A stretch of DNA of 63,713 nt. It comes from Microcoleaceae cyanobacterium (lineage in GTDB: Bacteria > Cyanobacteriota > Cyanobacteriia > Cyanobacteriales > Microcoleaceae). The position numbers and the translations under genes were made by a program. The notes below the pieces were generated by a model that made no database searches, was not told where the DNA came from, and saw nothing but the letters and a program-made list of their open reading frames with translations. Shown here in pieces: positions 31,313 through 42,427 of the stretch. The DNA is taken from the NCBI GenBank assembly GCA_051652765.1, contig JBOFUV010000013.1, positions 1 through 63,713 on the forward strand, given 5' to 3'. The first letter of the stretch is position 1. Every line of letters starts with the position of its first letter.

Positions 31313-32407
31313 CTACACCGCCCCAAAGACTTGAGTCCAGTAGGAGTTGTAATTCACAGTTCCCAAGTCATTGTCCAGGTAGGCATAGCCGACACCGAGT
31401 TCGGTAAAGTTGGCGTTGAGAATATTGGCCCGATGTCCAGAACTGTTAATCCAGCCTGCAACTACGGATTCAGGGGTTGAATACCCGGCGGCAATATTTT
31501 CCCCCAAGAAAGAGGAACTGTAACCGGCGGCTTGAGCGCGATCGCCGACGCTTGATCCATCGGCCCCTGTATGGCTAAAGAAATCCTGGACTGCCATGTT
31601 CTCGCTGTGTGTTTCAGCAGCGTTGATCAGTTGAGCATTGAGGGTGAGGGGGGACACAGCATTTTGCGCCCGGTAGTCGTTGGTCAATTCTAAAACTCGA
31701 TTAATGAAGACAGCGTCGGGGGAAGAATCGGTTCCGCCCGATGTTGCAGCGGTCACGGTCACTTGACCGCCCACAAAATCACTCCTGTTAATTGCCTCCG
31801 CCTGAATACCGTCCAAAGTGGCTAGAACCTCCCCTGTTGCTGTAACCGTGATCACAGCTTGGTTGAGAGCGTTGGTTTCGACTTGAACCGCCGTTACCAG
31901 GTTAGGAACTTGAATTAAATCCGTGCCGTCTTGAAAGTCAGTGATCAAGTCGGCCCCTTGGCCATCATTGCTCACACTGAACCAATCAGCGCCAGCGCCT
32001 CCCGTTAAAGTATCTGCCCCTAAATCTCCGGAGATTGTATCGTTCCCTCCATCGCCAATCAGGGCATCGTTGTCACGACCTCCGAATAGGTTGTCATTCC
32101 CCGCCCCTCCGGTAACAGTATCCTGTCCTAAGTTGCCAAACAAGCCATCATTGCCATCTTGACCCTCTAATACATCATTATCCTTGCCGCCAAACAGGGT
32201 ATCGTTGCCAGAGCCGCCCAGCAGATTGTCGTTTCCCTGGTTGCCGATAATTAGCTCTGCATCTCCAACTCCCTGAACGGTATCATTGCCACCCATGGCT
32301 AAAACGCCTTGAGGATACCCGCTTAACTGCCCAGAAAACAGATTAATCGATTCAGAGGTGTTATCACCAATCCAAAATCCCAATTCACTCTCTGCAACTA
32401 AAACCAT
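31313..32407 (-). CDS. RTX-repeat protein with C-terminal CAP/SCP domain
   Basis: GNDxLxGG repeats; HSENMA, FFSH, GENIAAG, WINSSGHRANIL and YWTQVFG. Confidence 0.9.
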   Translation of the reverse strand: MVLVAESELGFWIGDNTSESINLFSGQLSGYPQGVLAMGGNDTVQGVGDAELIIGNQGNDNLLGGSGNDTLFGGKDNDVLEGQDGNDGLFGNLGQDTVTGGAGNDNLFGGRDNDALIGDGGNDTISGDLGADTLTGGAGADWFSVSNDGQGADLITDFQDGTDLIQVPNLVTAVQVETNALNQAVITVTATGEVLATLDGIQAEAINRSDFVGGQVTVTAATSGGTDSSPDAVFINRVLELTNDYRAQNAVSPLTLNAQLINAAETHSENMAVQDFFSHTGADGSSVGDRAQAAGYSSSFLGENIAAGYSTPESVVAGWINSSGHRANILNANFTELGVGYAYLDNDLGTVNYNSYWTQVFGAV

Positions 32408-32691
32408 AATTAAAACTCCTTTTTTCTCCGTAATTTTTCTAGGTTCGCTCGTTTAATTTTTCTAATTTGATTTAAATTAGTGATGAATTGAAGGCTCAAT
32501 GATTCAGTTTAAGTTCAACTCATTAAATCAAGTTTCATTCGATTTTAAACGCCTTTAAAACTAAGTGTGACACTCATTAAACCGTCTATTTTTCTAGCTG
32601 GAAATCCCAGGGAAAACCCATTAAACCCTTGCGGAAAATACTGATCTAGAACTGTAGTTTGTAATAAGATCCTGCTTTCCCTAACTTTCCC

Positions 32692-33360
32692 ATGCAATAC
32701 TCTCTGTTAAAATCACCCTCAAGCTTTATGAACCATCCCATTAAGCCTGTGCCAAAATCCGGTGAAATTCATCAGACCCTCAGTCAACCCACTTTATATA
32801 TCTTTGATGGTCGCCGGGGAGAAAATTTAGTAATCGATGCCAGCCATAGCACGGTTGAAATTGAACTGTGGAGTCCATCCGGTCAAAAGCTAGCCTACTT
32901 TTGTTTGGATCAGTGGCAGGGGCGACTCCCTGAAACTGGGATTTATCGAGCGTTGTTCAGTCCCATGCAGCAAGAACAATCGACGGCAATCCAGGTCAAA
33001 TTCAGCAAAAGTTATCCCGCAAATCTTTCATTTAAAGACTTGGATGACTGGAGACTTTTAGAATATTTTTATAAAGAAAATCTGACGATTCCTTTACAGT
33101 CTAATCAATCAGAAGTTTCTTTAGAAATCAGCCTCAATCAACATCAAATTCAGCCTTTAATCATCCAGGGTTTCTATAATCAAACGTTGACCATCAAAGC
33201 CTATGAAATCCCCCTGGCAATTGAATCTCCTACGGGTCAACTGCTTGGATTTAAAGATCAACACGTTTCAGCAGTTTTGCCAAAAGCGGGTTTATATCGA
33301 GTGCTCGTCATTGGACAAGATTACCCTGTTACCACTCCGGTGAATATTCAGGTTCAGTGA
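32692..33360 (+). CDS. Hypothetical protein with two PPC-like beta-sandwich repeats
   Basis: Internal repeat SPSGQKL...LPETGIYR and SPTGQLL...LPKAGLYRV. Confidence 0.5.
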   Translation: MQYSLLKSPSSFMNHPIKPVPKSGEIHQTLSQPTLYIFDGRRGENLVIDASHSTVEIELWSPSGQKLAYFCLDQWQGRLPETGIYRALFSPMQQEQSTAIQVKFSKSYPANLSFKDLDDWRLLEYFYKENLTIPLQSNQSEVSLEISLNQHQIQPLIIQGFYNQTLTIKAYEIPLAIESPTGQLLGFKDQHVSAVLPKAGLYRVLVIGQDYPVTTPVNIQVQ

Positions 33361-33414
33361 GGTGAAAACAACTTTAACCTGATTTGACTTGAACCCATTG
33401 CCTGATCATTGACC

Positions 33415-34227
33415 TTACCAGGCATGAAGCATTACCGGGGCCCCTTGCCGTTCTTCGATGCCCTTGACCAGAATATTGTAACGAGGATGAATACTCTGCA
33501 AAAGCTGGCGGATCTCTTGGGCATGGGAGCCTTGATGGTAGGTTGTGATGGCGATTTTTGGGCGAAACTGCCAAATCGCCTCCTTTGCCCCGGCCAAGAG
33601 GTTCAGTTCATAGCCTTCCAGGTCAGCCTTCAAATAGTTTATGACAGTTGGCTGAGTGGCACAGAAATGATCAATCGTATTCATCGCGATCGCCAAACCC
33701 GTATCCTGTTCGGAAATCTTCGAACAAACCCCTGCAGAGTGTAGATAAGCGATGCCAATGCTATTGCCGAGGGCTTGGGGGATGATGCTAACGTTGGCAT
33801 CCTGTTCAAAGGTTTTGGCTAGAGCCGGGAGATAGTCGGGCAAGGGCTCAAAACTGTAAATGTGTTTGGCGTGCGATCGCACCAGAAAACTAAAAATGCC
33901 TTCCGCTGTCCCACAGTCAAATACCACATCCTCAGCCGTCACTCGGGTTTGTGGAATTTGGTAGTAATGCCACTGCCAGAGATAGGATTGTTCTGTAATC
34001 GTTTGGTAGAGAGACTGTAGCGGCAACTCTCGACTGTAATATAAAATTCCATCTGAATTTTTGAGGTGGAACTGCCAGAATTGCGAATCTTGAGTCACCT
34101 GGGCGATCACGTGTTGGGCGAGCCAGCCACACTTTGGGGAAAAGCAGTTCAGTATCCAATCAGAGAAAGAGCCGCCCAGAGAGCGGTTGCGCCAAGTATA
34201 TTGCAACACTTTAATTCGCCTGTTCAT
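33415..34227 (-). CDS. FkbM-family methyltransferase
   Basis: VVFDCGTAEG, SFEP, LKADLEGYE and RPKIAI. Confidence 0.85.
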   Translation of the reverse strand: MNRRIKVLQYTWRNRSLGGSFSDWILNCFSPKCGWLAQHVIAQVTQDSQFWQFHLKNSDGILYYSRELPLQSLYQTITEQSYLWQWHYYQIPQTRVTAEDVVFDCGTAEGIFSFLVRSHAKHIYSFEPLPDYLPALAKTFEQDANVSIIPQALGNSIGIAYLHSAGVCSKISEQDTGLAIAMNTIDHFCATQPTVINYLKADLEGYELNLLAGAKEAIWQFRPKIAITTYHQGSHAQEIRQLLQSIHPRYNILVKGIEERQGAPVMLHAW

Positions 34228-34279
34228 GTTGTCGCTCTCCGTTTCTCAGTGTGATGGCTGGATGACGGCGTTTAAGACT

Positions 34280-34507
34280 TCATTCTGGTTGCCACAATTC
34301 CCCCAATTTTTCTGGGAGAGTCGTGAGCTGCTGAAACAATTCTTGGGGGCCAATCCCAAACAAAAGCTGCAAAACCAGAACAATTGCCGCAATTGAAAGC
34401 GCTGTGTTAATACTGGCTTTCAGAACTTTTACAAGCCAGGTAAAAACTAGCCAAGAAATTAGTAGGGCTGCGAGGAGAATAATCAGTTCTAGAGGAATTG
34501 CAGGCAC
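34280..34507 (-). CDS. Small two-TM hypothetical protein
   Basis: Two hydrophobic helices and FGIGPQEL; GTG at 34507 preceded by GAGG. Confidence 0.65.
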   Translation of the reverse strand: MPAIPLELIILLAALLISWLVFTWLVKVLKASINTALSIAAIVLVLQLLFGIGPQELFQQLTTLPEKLGELWQPE

Positions 34508-34526
34508 TTCAACCTCTAATTTCAGA

Positions 34527-35780
34527 TTAGGCAATACTACCGCGTTTCCGAATTTCTTTGTAGGAAGTTCCGACATTTTTCAGGCCCGCTTTGATCATCT
34601 GCTGCTCCAACAGGGCAAAAAACCGGGTGCGATCGCCCCCCCGGACAACGGCTTGGTTGTGGGCTTCAGCTAGGACTACTGGGTAGCCGTATCCCTTCTG
34701 CACCTGGGACAAGACAATGCCTAGAGCTAGTTCTAGCTGATCTAAGTTTTCTGCTACCCAAGCTGGAACTTCAACGCGGGCGACTTCTGTTCCAACATTA
34801 ACGTAACAGAAATAGACTTGATGATGCTGGTAGAGATCCAAGATTCGCGCCTGCGATCGCCACAACGGACTACGTTGTCCGGGTTGCAGTTGAGCCGCCC
34901 AGAGGGCAGTATCCCGCAACGGTTCAAAGGCTTGACAAGGCGCTTTTCTGGCCAAGCCACTCTCCTCCATTAACCCCGTTCCCGCACAGTGTTCCAGACA
35001 GTCCGGCGTTGGATAGGGGCAGGCTTGTAATCGCAAGAATGCCGCACTTTCGCTACTACGGGAAGCACTGACATAGCCAACTAAAGGAATCCCCGCCAAT
35101 CTCAACCGTTCCCAAGCCGCCAAAATTGGGGTAAGGATCAGATCTCGTGCTTCTGTCGGCAGCGCCTCTAGAAACCAATAGGTAAGGGAACCGTCCACCA
35201 TGCCTACCGTAGGAACGATAGGGACTGTAGGTAGAGAAACTGTAGGAACCGTTGAGGGCTGGATTGGCTGGGCAGTGAGTAACTCATCCCCAACTTCAGC
35301 GAGGACAGTTGCCTCTGAAACGGCACGGCGATAGCCCATCCATTCTTCGGTGCGAATGCCCCACTGCCGAGAAATGTAGAGATCCTCTGGACGGTAAAAA
35401 ATTTCTGGCACGCTATCGAGCAGGGGATGGCGACCTTGGTGATAGTGCAACACGACTCGACCGACATTCAGCAAGTAACAGTAAGCAATTTCATGGGCGC
35501 TAGGGGCAATTTGAGACCCATCGGTGGCAAAGGCAGTATGGGTTAACGGGGGCGCGGTGATGATCGGACAGCGGTTTAATGGCTCAACGGGAATCGCAGG
35601 GTGAAACAATAGGCGATCGCGAAATTGCCCTCGCTGTTCAATGAGCTGCAGTTGCTGAGGTTTTGCTTGCTCTAGCAAGACTTGAGCCAGTTCTAAGCGT
35701 TTACGACTGGCCTCAACTTCACGGGTCATGTGTTGACTCATGCCCTGCATTTGTTGAGCAAGCTTGGTTAAGTCCAGCAT
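34527..35780 (-). CDS. nurA: NurA-domain nuclease
   Basis: ATDGSQ, MVDGSL and GYPVVLAEAHNQA. Confidence 0.85.
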   Translation of the reverse strand: MLDLTKLAQQMQGMSQHMTREVEASRKRLELAQVLLEQAKPQQLQLIEQRGQFRDRLLFHPAIPVEPLNRCPIITAPPLTHTAFATDGSQIAPSAHEIAYCYLLNVGRVVLHYHQGRHPLLDSVPEIFYRPEDLYISRQWGIRTEEWMGYRRAVSEATVLAEVGDELLTAQPIQPSTVPTVSLPTVPIVPTVGMVDGSLTYWFLEALPTEARDLILTPILAAWERLRLAGIPLVGYVSASRSSESAAFLRLQACPYPTPDCLEHCAGTGLMEESGLARKAPCQAFEPLRDTALWAAQLQPGQRSPLWRSQARILDLYQHHQVYFCYVNVGTEVARVEVPAWVAENLDQLELALGIVLSQVQKGYGYPVVLAEAHNQAVVRGGDRTRFFALLEQQMIKAGLKNVGTSYKEIRKRGSIA

Positions 35781-36225
35781 TTAGGGTTTACTTCCAACAG
35801 CATCAGATCAGGAGTTGACTCGTTTATCAAGTATACACAAAAAGCAGAAAGAGACATTGGGGATAACGTCTCTTTCTGCTTGAGGTTGATCAACACTAGT
35901 AGCCTGTTCCCTTGACATCTAGGCAAAGTCAATTTGAGCATATTATTTACCAAAGGCTCGTCATTTACGATCGTGTGTTTCAGCTTGGAGACGATATTCA
36001 AATTGGAGATACAGTTGGAGAATTTAGGGAAAAATCTCTTTTATGACTGGAGTTCTTACCCCCAAAAACGGAGTGTTTATAATTCCAAACCACTCCGTTT
36101 TGAATGGCAATGTCACAAATTACAGCTCTATTTCACAGGAATCGTGGGAAACAATCAGTAAAAACAATCAGGACAATCGAGCAGTAAAATAGAAGCAAAT
36201 CATTGTTATCATCCGATGGAAGGCC

Positions 36226-36624
36226 ATGCGAGTTTATGTGCTACTGTTCAATGCCGGAACAGAAAACGAGGGGATTCATACGATTCAGCAGGGCGATCGC
36301 AATACTGTGTTGATGTTTGAAGCTGAAGATGATGCCACTCGGTTCAGCGTGTTGTTGGAGGCTCAAGATTTCCCGGCCCCCAATGTCGAACTGATTGAGG
36401 AGGCGGAGATCAAAGAATTCTGTCGCAGCGTCGGCTATGAGTGCCGACTGGTTGCGACGGGAGAGCTAGAAATCCCCCCTGAAAACAATGTTGATCAGAC
36501 AGATTGGCAATCTGAATCTGACACTCCAGCCTCATCTCAGCCTGATCAGCCTCAATCAAATGAAGCTGACTCTGCGTCTGATGAACTCGATAGAATCCGT
36601 CGGCGACTAGAAGGATTATTATGA
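36226..36624 (+). CDS. DUF3110-like protein
   Basis: VYVLLFNAGTENEGIH, FEAEDDATRF and LDRIRRRLEGLL; upstream of murQ. Confidence 0.8.
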   Translation: MRVYVLLFNAGTENEGIHTIQQGDRNTVLMFEAEDDATRFSVLLEAQDFPAPNVELIEEAEIKEFCRSVGYECRLVATGELEIPPENNVDQTDWQSESDTPASSQPDQPQSNEADSASDELDRIRRRLEGLL

Positions 36625-37553
36625 TGACCGAACAACAGTGGGACACTCGAGGACATCTGTTAACTGAGCAGACAAATACGAGTAGCCAGAACCTAGACCA
36701 GCTCAGCGCTCTGGATCTAGTCGATTTATTCAATCGAGAGGATGTCCAAACCCTGTTGGCGATCGCCCGCGCCCGTGAATCCCTCGCTCAAGCCATTGAC
36801 CTGATTAGTGTGGCTCTGCGACAGGGGGGACGGTTGTTTTACGTGGGAGCTGGAACCAGTGGACGACTGGGGGTTTTGGATGCGGCAGAATGTCCACCCA
36901 CTTTTTGCACACCCCCAGAATTGGTACAGGGAATTATTGCGGGCGGAGCAGCGGCCCTGGTTCGAAGCTCTGAAGACTTGGAAGATCGGCCAGAAGATGG
37001 CAAACAAGCCATCATTGATCGCCAAATTAATGCCTTGGATGTTGTGGTTGGGATTACAGCCGGAGGAACGACACCCTTTGTTCATGGAGCCCTCGCCGCT
37101 GCCCAACAGCGGGGAGCTAAGACGATTTTTATTGCCTGTGTTCCCGTTGAACAGGTACCCAGTTTTACAGACGTGGATATTCGGCTAATTGTTGGGCCAG
37201 AGATTTTGGCAGGTTCAACCCGACTCAAGGCTGGAACCGTTACAAAAATGGCCCTGAACACCCTGTCTACCGGAGTGATGGTGAAGTTGGGAAAGGTTTA
37301 TGGCAACCGGATGGTGGACGTAGCAATTACCAACAACAAGTTGCGCGATCGCGCCCTGCGAATCTTAATGGATCTGACGGGCATTTCTCAAAAAGAGGCT
37401 GAAGAGTTACTCAATCGTAGTGGACAATCTGTGAAACTGGCCTTGCTATCCCATTGGACAGGATTAGACCGTCAATCTGCCCAACAACTCCTAGAGCAGC
37501 ATCGGGGCAATCTCCGGCAAGCCATTCGTGCCCAACAAAACAACAATCTATAG
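36621..37553 (+). CDS. murQ: N-acetylmuramic acid 6-phosphate etherase
   Basis: GAGTSGRLGVLDAAECPPTF, GPEILAGSTRLKAGT and GKVYGNRMVD. Confidence 0.97.
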   Translation: MMTEQQWDTRGHLLTEQTNTSSQNLDQLSALDLVDLFNREDVQTLLAIARARESLAQAIDLISVALRQGGRLFYVGAGTSGRLGVLDAAECPPTFCTPPELVQGIIAGGAAALVRSSEDLEDRPEDGKQAIIDRQINALDVVVGITAGGTTPFVHGALAAAQQRGAKTIFIACVPVEQVPSFTDVDIRLIVGPEILAGSTRLKAGTVTKMALNTLSTGVMVKLGKVYGNRMVDVAITNNKLRDRALRILMDLTGISQKEAEELLNRSGQSVKLALLSHWTGLDRQSAQQLLEQHRGNLRQAIRAQQNNNL

Positions 37554-37557
37554 CGGT

Positions 37558-37672
37558 TATAGCGATCCCAAATCAACCCTGAGAGATCTTGGAGGGGGGT
37601 TTGGGGCTTTGTTCCCAAGCAGGGGGCAACTCCACCACCATCCCCTTCTCAGAAATCATTTGAGATTTCATA
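37558..37672 (+). repeat. MITE-like dispersed repeat, copy C
   Basis: Starts TATAGCGATCC; shares GAGGGGnnTTTGGGG and AAATCATT..GATT blocks with copies A and B. Confidence 0.65.
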
Positions 37673-38245
37673 AAGTCATCTAAGCCTGTTTATCTAAAAA
37701 TCTAAACTTGCCGAATTAAATGAATTAAGTTAAGGTCAATGGGTAAAATCTTAGTTTTTAAGATTAAGATTAGTTGATGCAATCCATATCAGATGTAGTT
37801 GTTTAAAACAAACAGTATATCTATTCAAAGATGGTAATCAGGTATTCGGCATGAAAGATTATCATCGATTAATTGGCTGCCTTGGTTAATGCACCCACTG
37901 AAGTTCTGACAGTGCAAGGCCAGAGACTGCAACCCAAAGTTAGTCTTCCCTCAAAGCCATCTAAAACCCATTCGATTCCTGCTTTTAGAGCCTAGTTCAA
38001 ATCAATCTAATCCCTCGTTGGGTCTTACGGCAGTCCTTCTGTTTAAGAGGGGACTACTGGAATGTCTGGTTAAACTCCAGTAATTTTTTTTCAAGGATAT
38101 GATAGATGAAAGAGCGGATTTATTGTGGCTTGAATCCGCTCAAGCGTCTAGATCGACTTTGGATTCATCGTTCTGAATCCTGACAGTTTGCAATTGTTCC
38201 ATTGCGATTCTATTTCCGGCAATCCGTTTTTTAGAGGGGTTACAG

Positions 38246-41200
38246 ATGAGGCTAGAAAGCCAAACCCATAAGGCTTACCGACAGCTCTTGTGGATGTTAA
38301 TGCTAATTTTATCCTGCAGAATTTTGTCCTGTAGACCAGGAACTGCACAGCCCATTCAACCCTCTCCTGATGGGACTGGAACGACTGTAACCTCGCCGGA
38401 TGGTCAGCGATTCAATATTGAGGGCGGTACTCGTTCCGGTCAGAATCTGTTTCATAGCTTTGAACAGTTTGGCTTGGATGCAGGTCAGGTCGCGAACTTT
38501 CTCTCTAACCCTGAAATTCAAAATATTCTGGGACGCATCAATGGTAACAACGTTTCATTTATCAATGGCTTGATTCAGATATCCGGAGGCCAATCAAATT
38601 TATTCTTGATCAACCCAGGCGGAATCATTTTTGGCCCCAATGCTCGCTTAGATATTCCTGCCGCTTTTACCGCTACAACTGCGAACGGAGTTGGGTTTGG
38701 AACTGATCGTTGGTTCAACGCAGTCGGCCAGAATGACTGGGCAACTTTGGTGGGAGATCCCCAGCAATTCCGGTTTGATGCTGCAACGCCAGGAAGTTTG
38801 ATTAATTTTGGGCAACTTGCCGTTGTTCCCGGCCAGAATTTAACGCTGTTAGCGGGAACTGTGCTCAACACCGGAACCCTAGAAGCTCCAGGTGGAAGTT
38901 TAACGGTGCAGGCCGTTCCAGGAGAAAGTTTGGTGCGGATTCAAGCTGATGGCTCCCTGTTAAGCCTGGAAATTGATCCGACGGTTCATGCCTTTACCTC
39001 TGGAACTGTTGGCAGGTCAGGAAACATTAGTCCCCTGACCCTACCTGAACTACTGACCAGATCAAGGACAATCGGCGCAACTGGGGTCACCTTAGATAGG
39101 GCTGGCAATGTGGTTTTAACTGCAACTGGTCGGGGGATCAATCAGGGAGATGTGGCGATCGCCCCCCAGTCCCTGGGACTACAAGCTGCGATTTTTGCCA
39201 GAACGGCAACTCTCAGAGCCGCTCATGATCTGATTTTGGTGGAGCGATCGCTCTCAACCACTGGAGATTTAAACTTGTTTGCTGGGGAAACCCTACAGGT
39301 TCGAGACAGTGTGCTACGGCCCTTCTCCGCCCTAGTGGGGGGTTCCCTCACCCTAGGCGGTGAACAGAATATTGATATTTTGGCTCTGAACACTGGATTC
39401 ACCCCATTTCAAGCCGTTGGAGACATTACGTTGATCAGTCCCGGCCTGATTTCCGGAGACAGCCACTTTGCAACCGGGGGTAACTTTAGCATTCTGAGTC
39501 CCACGGGGGCTGGGGGCAACTTTGTCAGTTTATTCGACCCGATTATTACAGCCCAGGGCAATGTCGTATTCAACAGTTACGAAGGAGCCTCCCTCAAAAT
39601 TCAGGCGGGCGGATCAATTCGGGGCGGCGACATTACCATTACCAGTCCTGACATTGCAATTGCAAATCCAGTTCCAGGCACAGATGAGTTTATCCTAGCC
39701 ACAAGTCCCTCCGTGATTCTGCGGTCTGGAGCAGCAACAAATACTTCTAACTTAGGCAACTCCGCCGAAGGCAATATCTTTATTGAACTGCCTCGATCCG
39801 GGGGTGAAATTGCGGTCGGCTCCATCCAAACCGCAGGGGGGCCCGTGATTTTACAATCAGACAACGGCATTCAACTCAACCAAATTGAATCCCAAGGGGG
39901 AGTCGTAACCTTAGATGCCCTAAACACGATCACTGTTGGTCGGACGATTAACTCTGCCGGAGGAAACATCTTCATTTCAACGGACAATTTTCTCCGGGTG
40001 AATGGTACGTTTACCGCTCCAAATGGCCTCAACGCCAGTATTTCTTCAGCAGCTACGCCCACCAGCGGTGGCTCTATCACCATTCAACAAGGGGGCGGAA
40101 TTGACACTCCCTTTAGAATTGGGGACTCTTTTATCAATGGCACGGCGGGAGCAATTACCAGCGGGTCTGCAACTATTACCCCTTTCCTGGAAGTTCCAGT
40201 GCCTGCAACGGGCATCTTCGTTGAAGGGAACATCAGTATTGAAACGATTCCCCCGGATTCAAAGCCTGATCCAACGCCTACTCCTGAACCCACACCTACC
40301 CCTGAACCTACGCCGAACCCAACCCCAACTCCTGAACCTACTCCTGAACCCACGCCTACTCCAAACCCAACACCTACTCCTGAACCTACACCAACGCCTA
40401 CCCCTGAACCCACGCCGAACCCAACGCCTACCCCTGAACCCACGCCGAACCCAACCCCAACTCCTGAACCTACACCAACGCCTAACCCAACCCCAACTCC
40501 AACGTTCCCGCCTAGTCCAATTCCGAGGGGCGAAGAGCCAACTCCAACTCCAACTCCAACTCCAACGCCTACACCTGGAATTCCCAGTCCAACGCCCACA
40601 CCTGGAATTCCTAGGCCCGCGCCAGTTCTTCCTGATAACCCTTCTGACATCCCTCCGTTGAGTTCTGAGGAAGAACGAGACCTGGCTACTGCTACTGAAA
40701 CAGAGCAAATTGTTCAGCGGAGTAATTCGAGTTCTAACTCCGCTGCTACAGAGTCATTAGGAATTTTACTCGATACTGTTAATCCTCGCGAACAAGTGAT
40801 TGAACTCGCTCGGGCAGAACTAACTGCGGACTTAGCCACTAAAAGCGTTGAGGATCTAGTGCCTCAAATTGACAAGTTTTTCAACCAGGAGTATGGGATC
40901 TATCTGGGTGTTAATCCCTTGGCCGGTGAGGCCAGTTTGGAAACCGTTCAGATCACTTTAGGTGACATTGCCCAAGCTACGGGTAAAAACGTTGCAGTGG
41001 TGTATGCCCTGGTTCAAGCAGAGCATCTAGAACTCATTATGGTTACGGCAAAAGGGGCAATCCGCCAAACGGTTCCCATTGGTAGCCGCGAAAACCTGAT
41101 TGCAACGGCCAACCAATTTCTGACGGCGGTAACGGCTCCCCGCGAACTCAATTCCATGGCCTTTCGACCCTTTGCAGAGCAACTCTATCAGTGGATCATT

Positions 41201-42076
41201 GCTCCCCTAAAAGCTGAACTTCAAGCCAAAGAAATTGATACCATAATGTTCGCAATGGATCGACGATTGCGAGGATTGCCTCTAGCGGCTTTACATGATG
41301 GTGAAGAATTTTTAATTCAGAACTATAGCCTCAGTCTAATTCCCAGTTTCAGCTTGACTGATACTCGCTATCAACCGATTGAAAATCCTGAAGTTCTGGC
41401 AATGGGAGCATCTAGATTTCCAGGGTTTGACAATCAAGAATTGCCCGCAGTTCCTGTGGAGCTGGCTGCAATTACAGCGATCACTCAGAATGACAAACGG
41501 TACTTTCTCAATGAAGAATTTACCCGCAGTAATTTTAAAAAACAACGAACAGCTCAGCCCTATGACATTATTCACTTGGCAACTCACAGTGAGTTTCGAC
41601 GGGGCGATCCTCGCCATAATAATTACATCTTATTTTGGGATGGGCAAGTCACCATTAATGAACTCCAAAACCTGGGGTGGAAATGGGGAAATTCAGATCT
41701 AAACTTGTTAATTTTGAGCGCCTGCCGAACCGCAATTGGAGATGAAGGTTCGGAGCTAGGATTTGCAGGATTGGCAGTGCAGACTGGGGTGCCTTCAGTA
41801 TTGGCTAGCCTTTGGTATGTTTCTGATGTGGGAACTCTAGGATTGATGACAGAGTTCTACAATCGACTCCAAACCACTCCACTCAAAGCAGAAGCATTTC
41901 GTAGTGCTCAAATTGCCCTGCTCATGGGTGATGTCAGGATTGATTCAGGACAATTAATCAGCCCGAGCTTAGCACAACCTGTTCCACTTACCCCTGAAGT
42001 TGCGAAGCAAAGTAATGAAATCTTTTCTCATCCTTACTACTGGGCAGGTTTTGTGCTGATTGGTAGTCCCTGGTAA
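38246..42076 (+). CDS. Filamentous-hemagglutinin N-terminal (TPS) domain + Pro/Thr linker + CHAT domain protein
   Basis: Signal-like N-terminus, [18 protein letters not shown] motifs IHLATHS, LSACRTA, ASLW and HPYYWAGF. Confidence 0.92.
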   Translation: MRLESQTHKAYRQLLWMLMLILSCRILSCRPGTAQPIQPSPDGTGTTVTSPDGQRFNIEGGTRSGQNLFHSFEQFGLDAGQVANFLSNPEIQNILGRINGNNVSFINGLIQISGGQSNLFLINPGGIIFGPNARLDIPAAFTATTANGVGFGTDRWFNAVGQNDWATLVGDPQQFRFDAATPGSLINFGQLAVVPGQNLTLLAGTVLNTGTLEAPGGSLTVQAVPGESLVRIQADGSLLSLEIDPTVHAFTSGTVGRSGNISPLTLPELLTRSRTIGATGVTLDRAGNVVLTATGRGINQGDVAIAPQSLGLQAAIFARTATLRAAHDLILVERSLSTTGDLNLFAGETLQVRDSVLRPFSALVGGSLTLGGEQNIDILALNTGFTPFQAVGDITLISPGLISGDSHFATGGNFSILSPTGAGGNFVSLFDPIITAQGNVVFNSYEGASLKIQAGGSIRGGDITITSPDIAIANPVPGTDEFILATSPSVILRSGAATNTSNLGNSAEGNIFIELPRSGGEIAVGSIQTAGGPVILQSDNGIQLNQIESQGGVVTLDALNTITVGRTINSAGGNIFISTDNFLRVNGTFTAPNGLNASISSAATPTSGGSITIQQGGGIDTPFRIGDSFINGTAGAITSGSATITPFLEVPVPATGIFVEGNISIETIPPDSKPDPTPTPEPTPTPEPTPNPTPTPEPTPEPTPTPNPTPTPEPTPTPTPEPTPNPTPTPEPTPNPTPTPEPTPTPNPTPTPTFPPSPIPRGEEPTPTPTPTPTPTPGIPSPTPTPGIPRPAPVLPDNPSDIPPLSSEEERDLATATETEQIVQRSNSSSNSAATESLGILLDTVNPREQVIELARAELTADLATKSVEDLVPQIDKFFNQEYGIYLGVNPLAGEASLETVQITLGDIAQATGKNVAVVYALVQAEHLELIMVTAKGAIRQTVPIGSRENLIATANQFLTAVTAPRELNSMAFRPFAEQLYQWIIAPLKAELQAKEIDTIMFAMDRRLRGLPLAALHDGEEFLIQNYSLSLIPSFSLTDTRYQPIENPEVLAMGASRFPGFDNQELPAVPVELAAITAITQNDKRYFLNEEFTRSNFKKQRTAQPYDIIHLATHSEFRRGDPRHNNYILFWDGQVTINELQNLGWKWGNSDLNLLILSACRTAIGDEGSELGFAGLAVQTGVPSVLASLWYVSDVGTLGLMTEFYNRLQTTPLKAEAFRSAQIALLMGDVRIDSGQLISPSLAQPVPLTPEVAKQSNEIFSHPYYWAGFVLIGSPW
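40265..40623 (+). repeat. Coding Pro-Thr/Glu/Asn repeat tract
   Basis: [17 protein letters not shown]... encoded by CCN-ACN hexamer repeats. Confidence 0.95.
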
Positions 42077-42427
42077 GAATATTGCAGTTCTAGATAATAA
42101 CGGCGGCTAGCCAGATCGAAAACAGGAAGTAGAAAGCGGGCATTCGAGAATGGAGACTAAACCCGTAAAAATGGCTGTAACTTCACTTAGGTGGAGATGA
42201 TTTTTTTAGAAAAGTCAAGAAGAGTTTATAGCAGTATTTTCAGGAGGATTTGCTAAGATATAAACAAGATAGATTTACTAAAAGTTACTTGATAAAAACA
42301 CTCTTTAAGAGAACTTTAAATGAGGGGTTGCTGTTCCGGAGAATTAATTAAATTGTAAAGCTTTAGTAAAGCAGTCTTAGCAATAAAGTCTTGGAAAATA
42401 AAGTCTTTAAAAAAAGAAGTATTAACA

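Noticed and set aside
34527..35780. nurA as part of a HerA-NurA or defence operon
   Set aside because: No herA or other ATPase gene is adjacent; the neighbours are unrelated.
35768..36161. Two overlapping 75-77 aa ORFs
   Set aside because: No clear RBS or recognisable motif; they span the hairpin-containing divergent spacer.
37673..38245. Riboswitch upstream of the CHAT gene
   Set aside because: Hairpins and a T-tract occur near 38030-38091, but I could not match a c-di-GMP, TPP, cobalamin or other aptamer consensus.
40002..40708. Alternative-frame and antisense ORFs (GV-, RW- and LN-rich)
   Set aside because: They are shadows of the Pro/Thr repeat in the CHAT gene.
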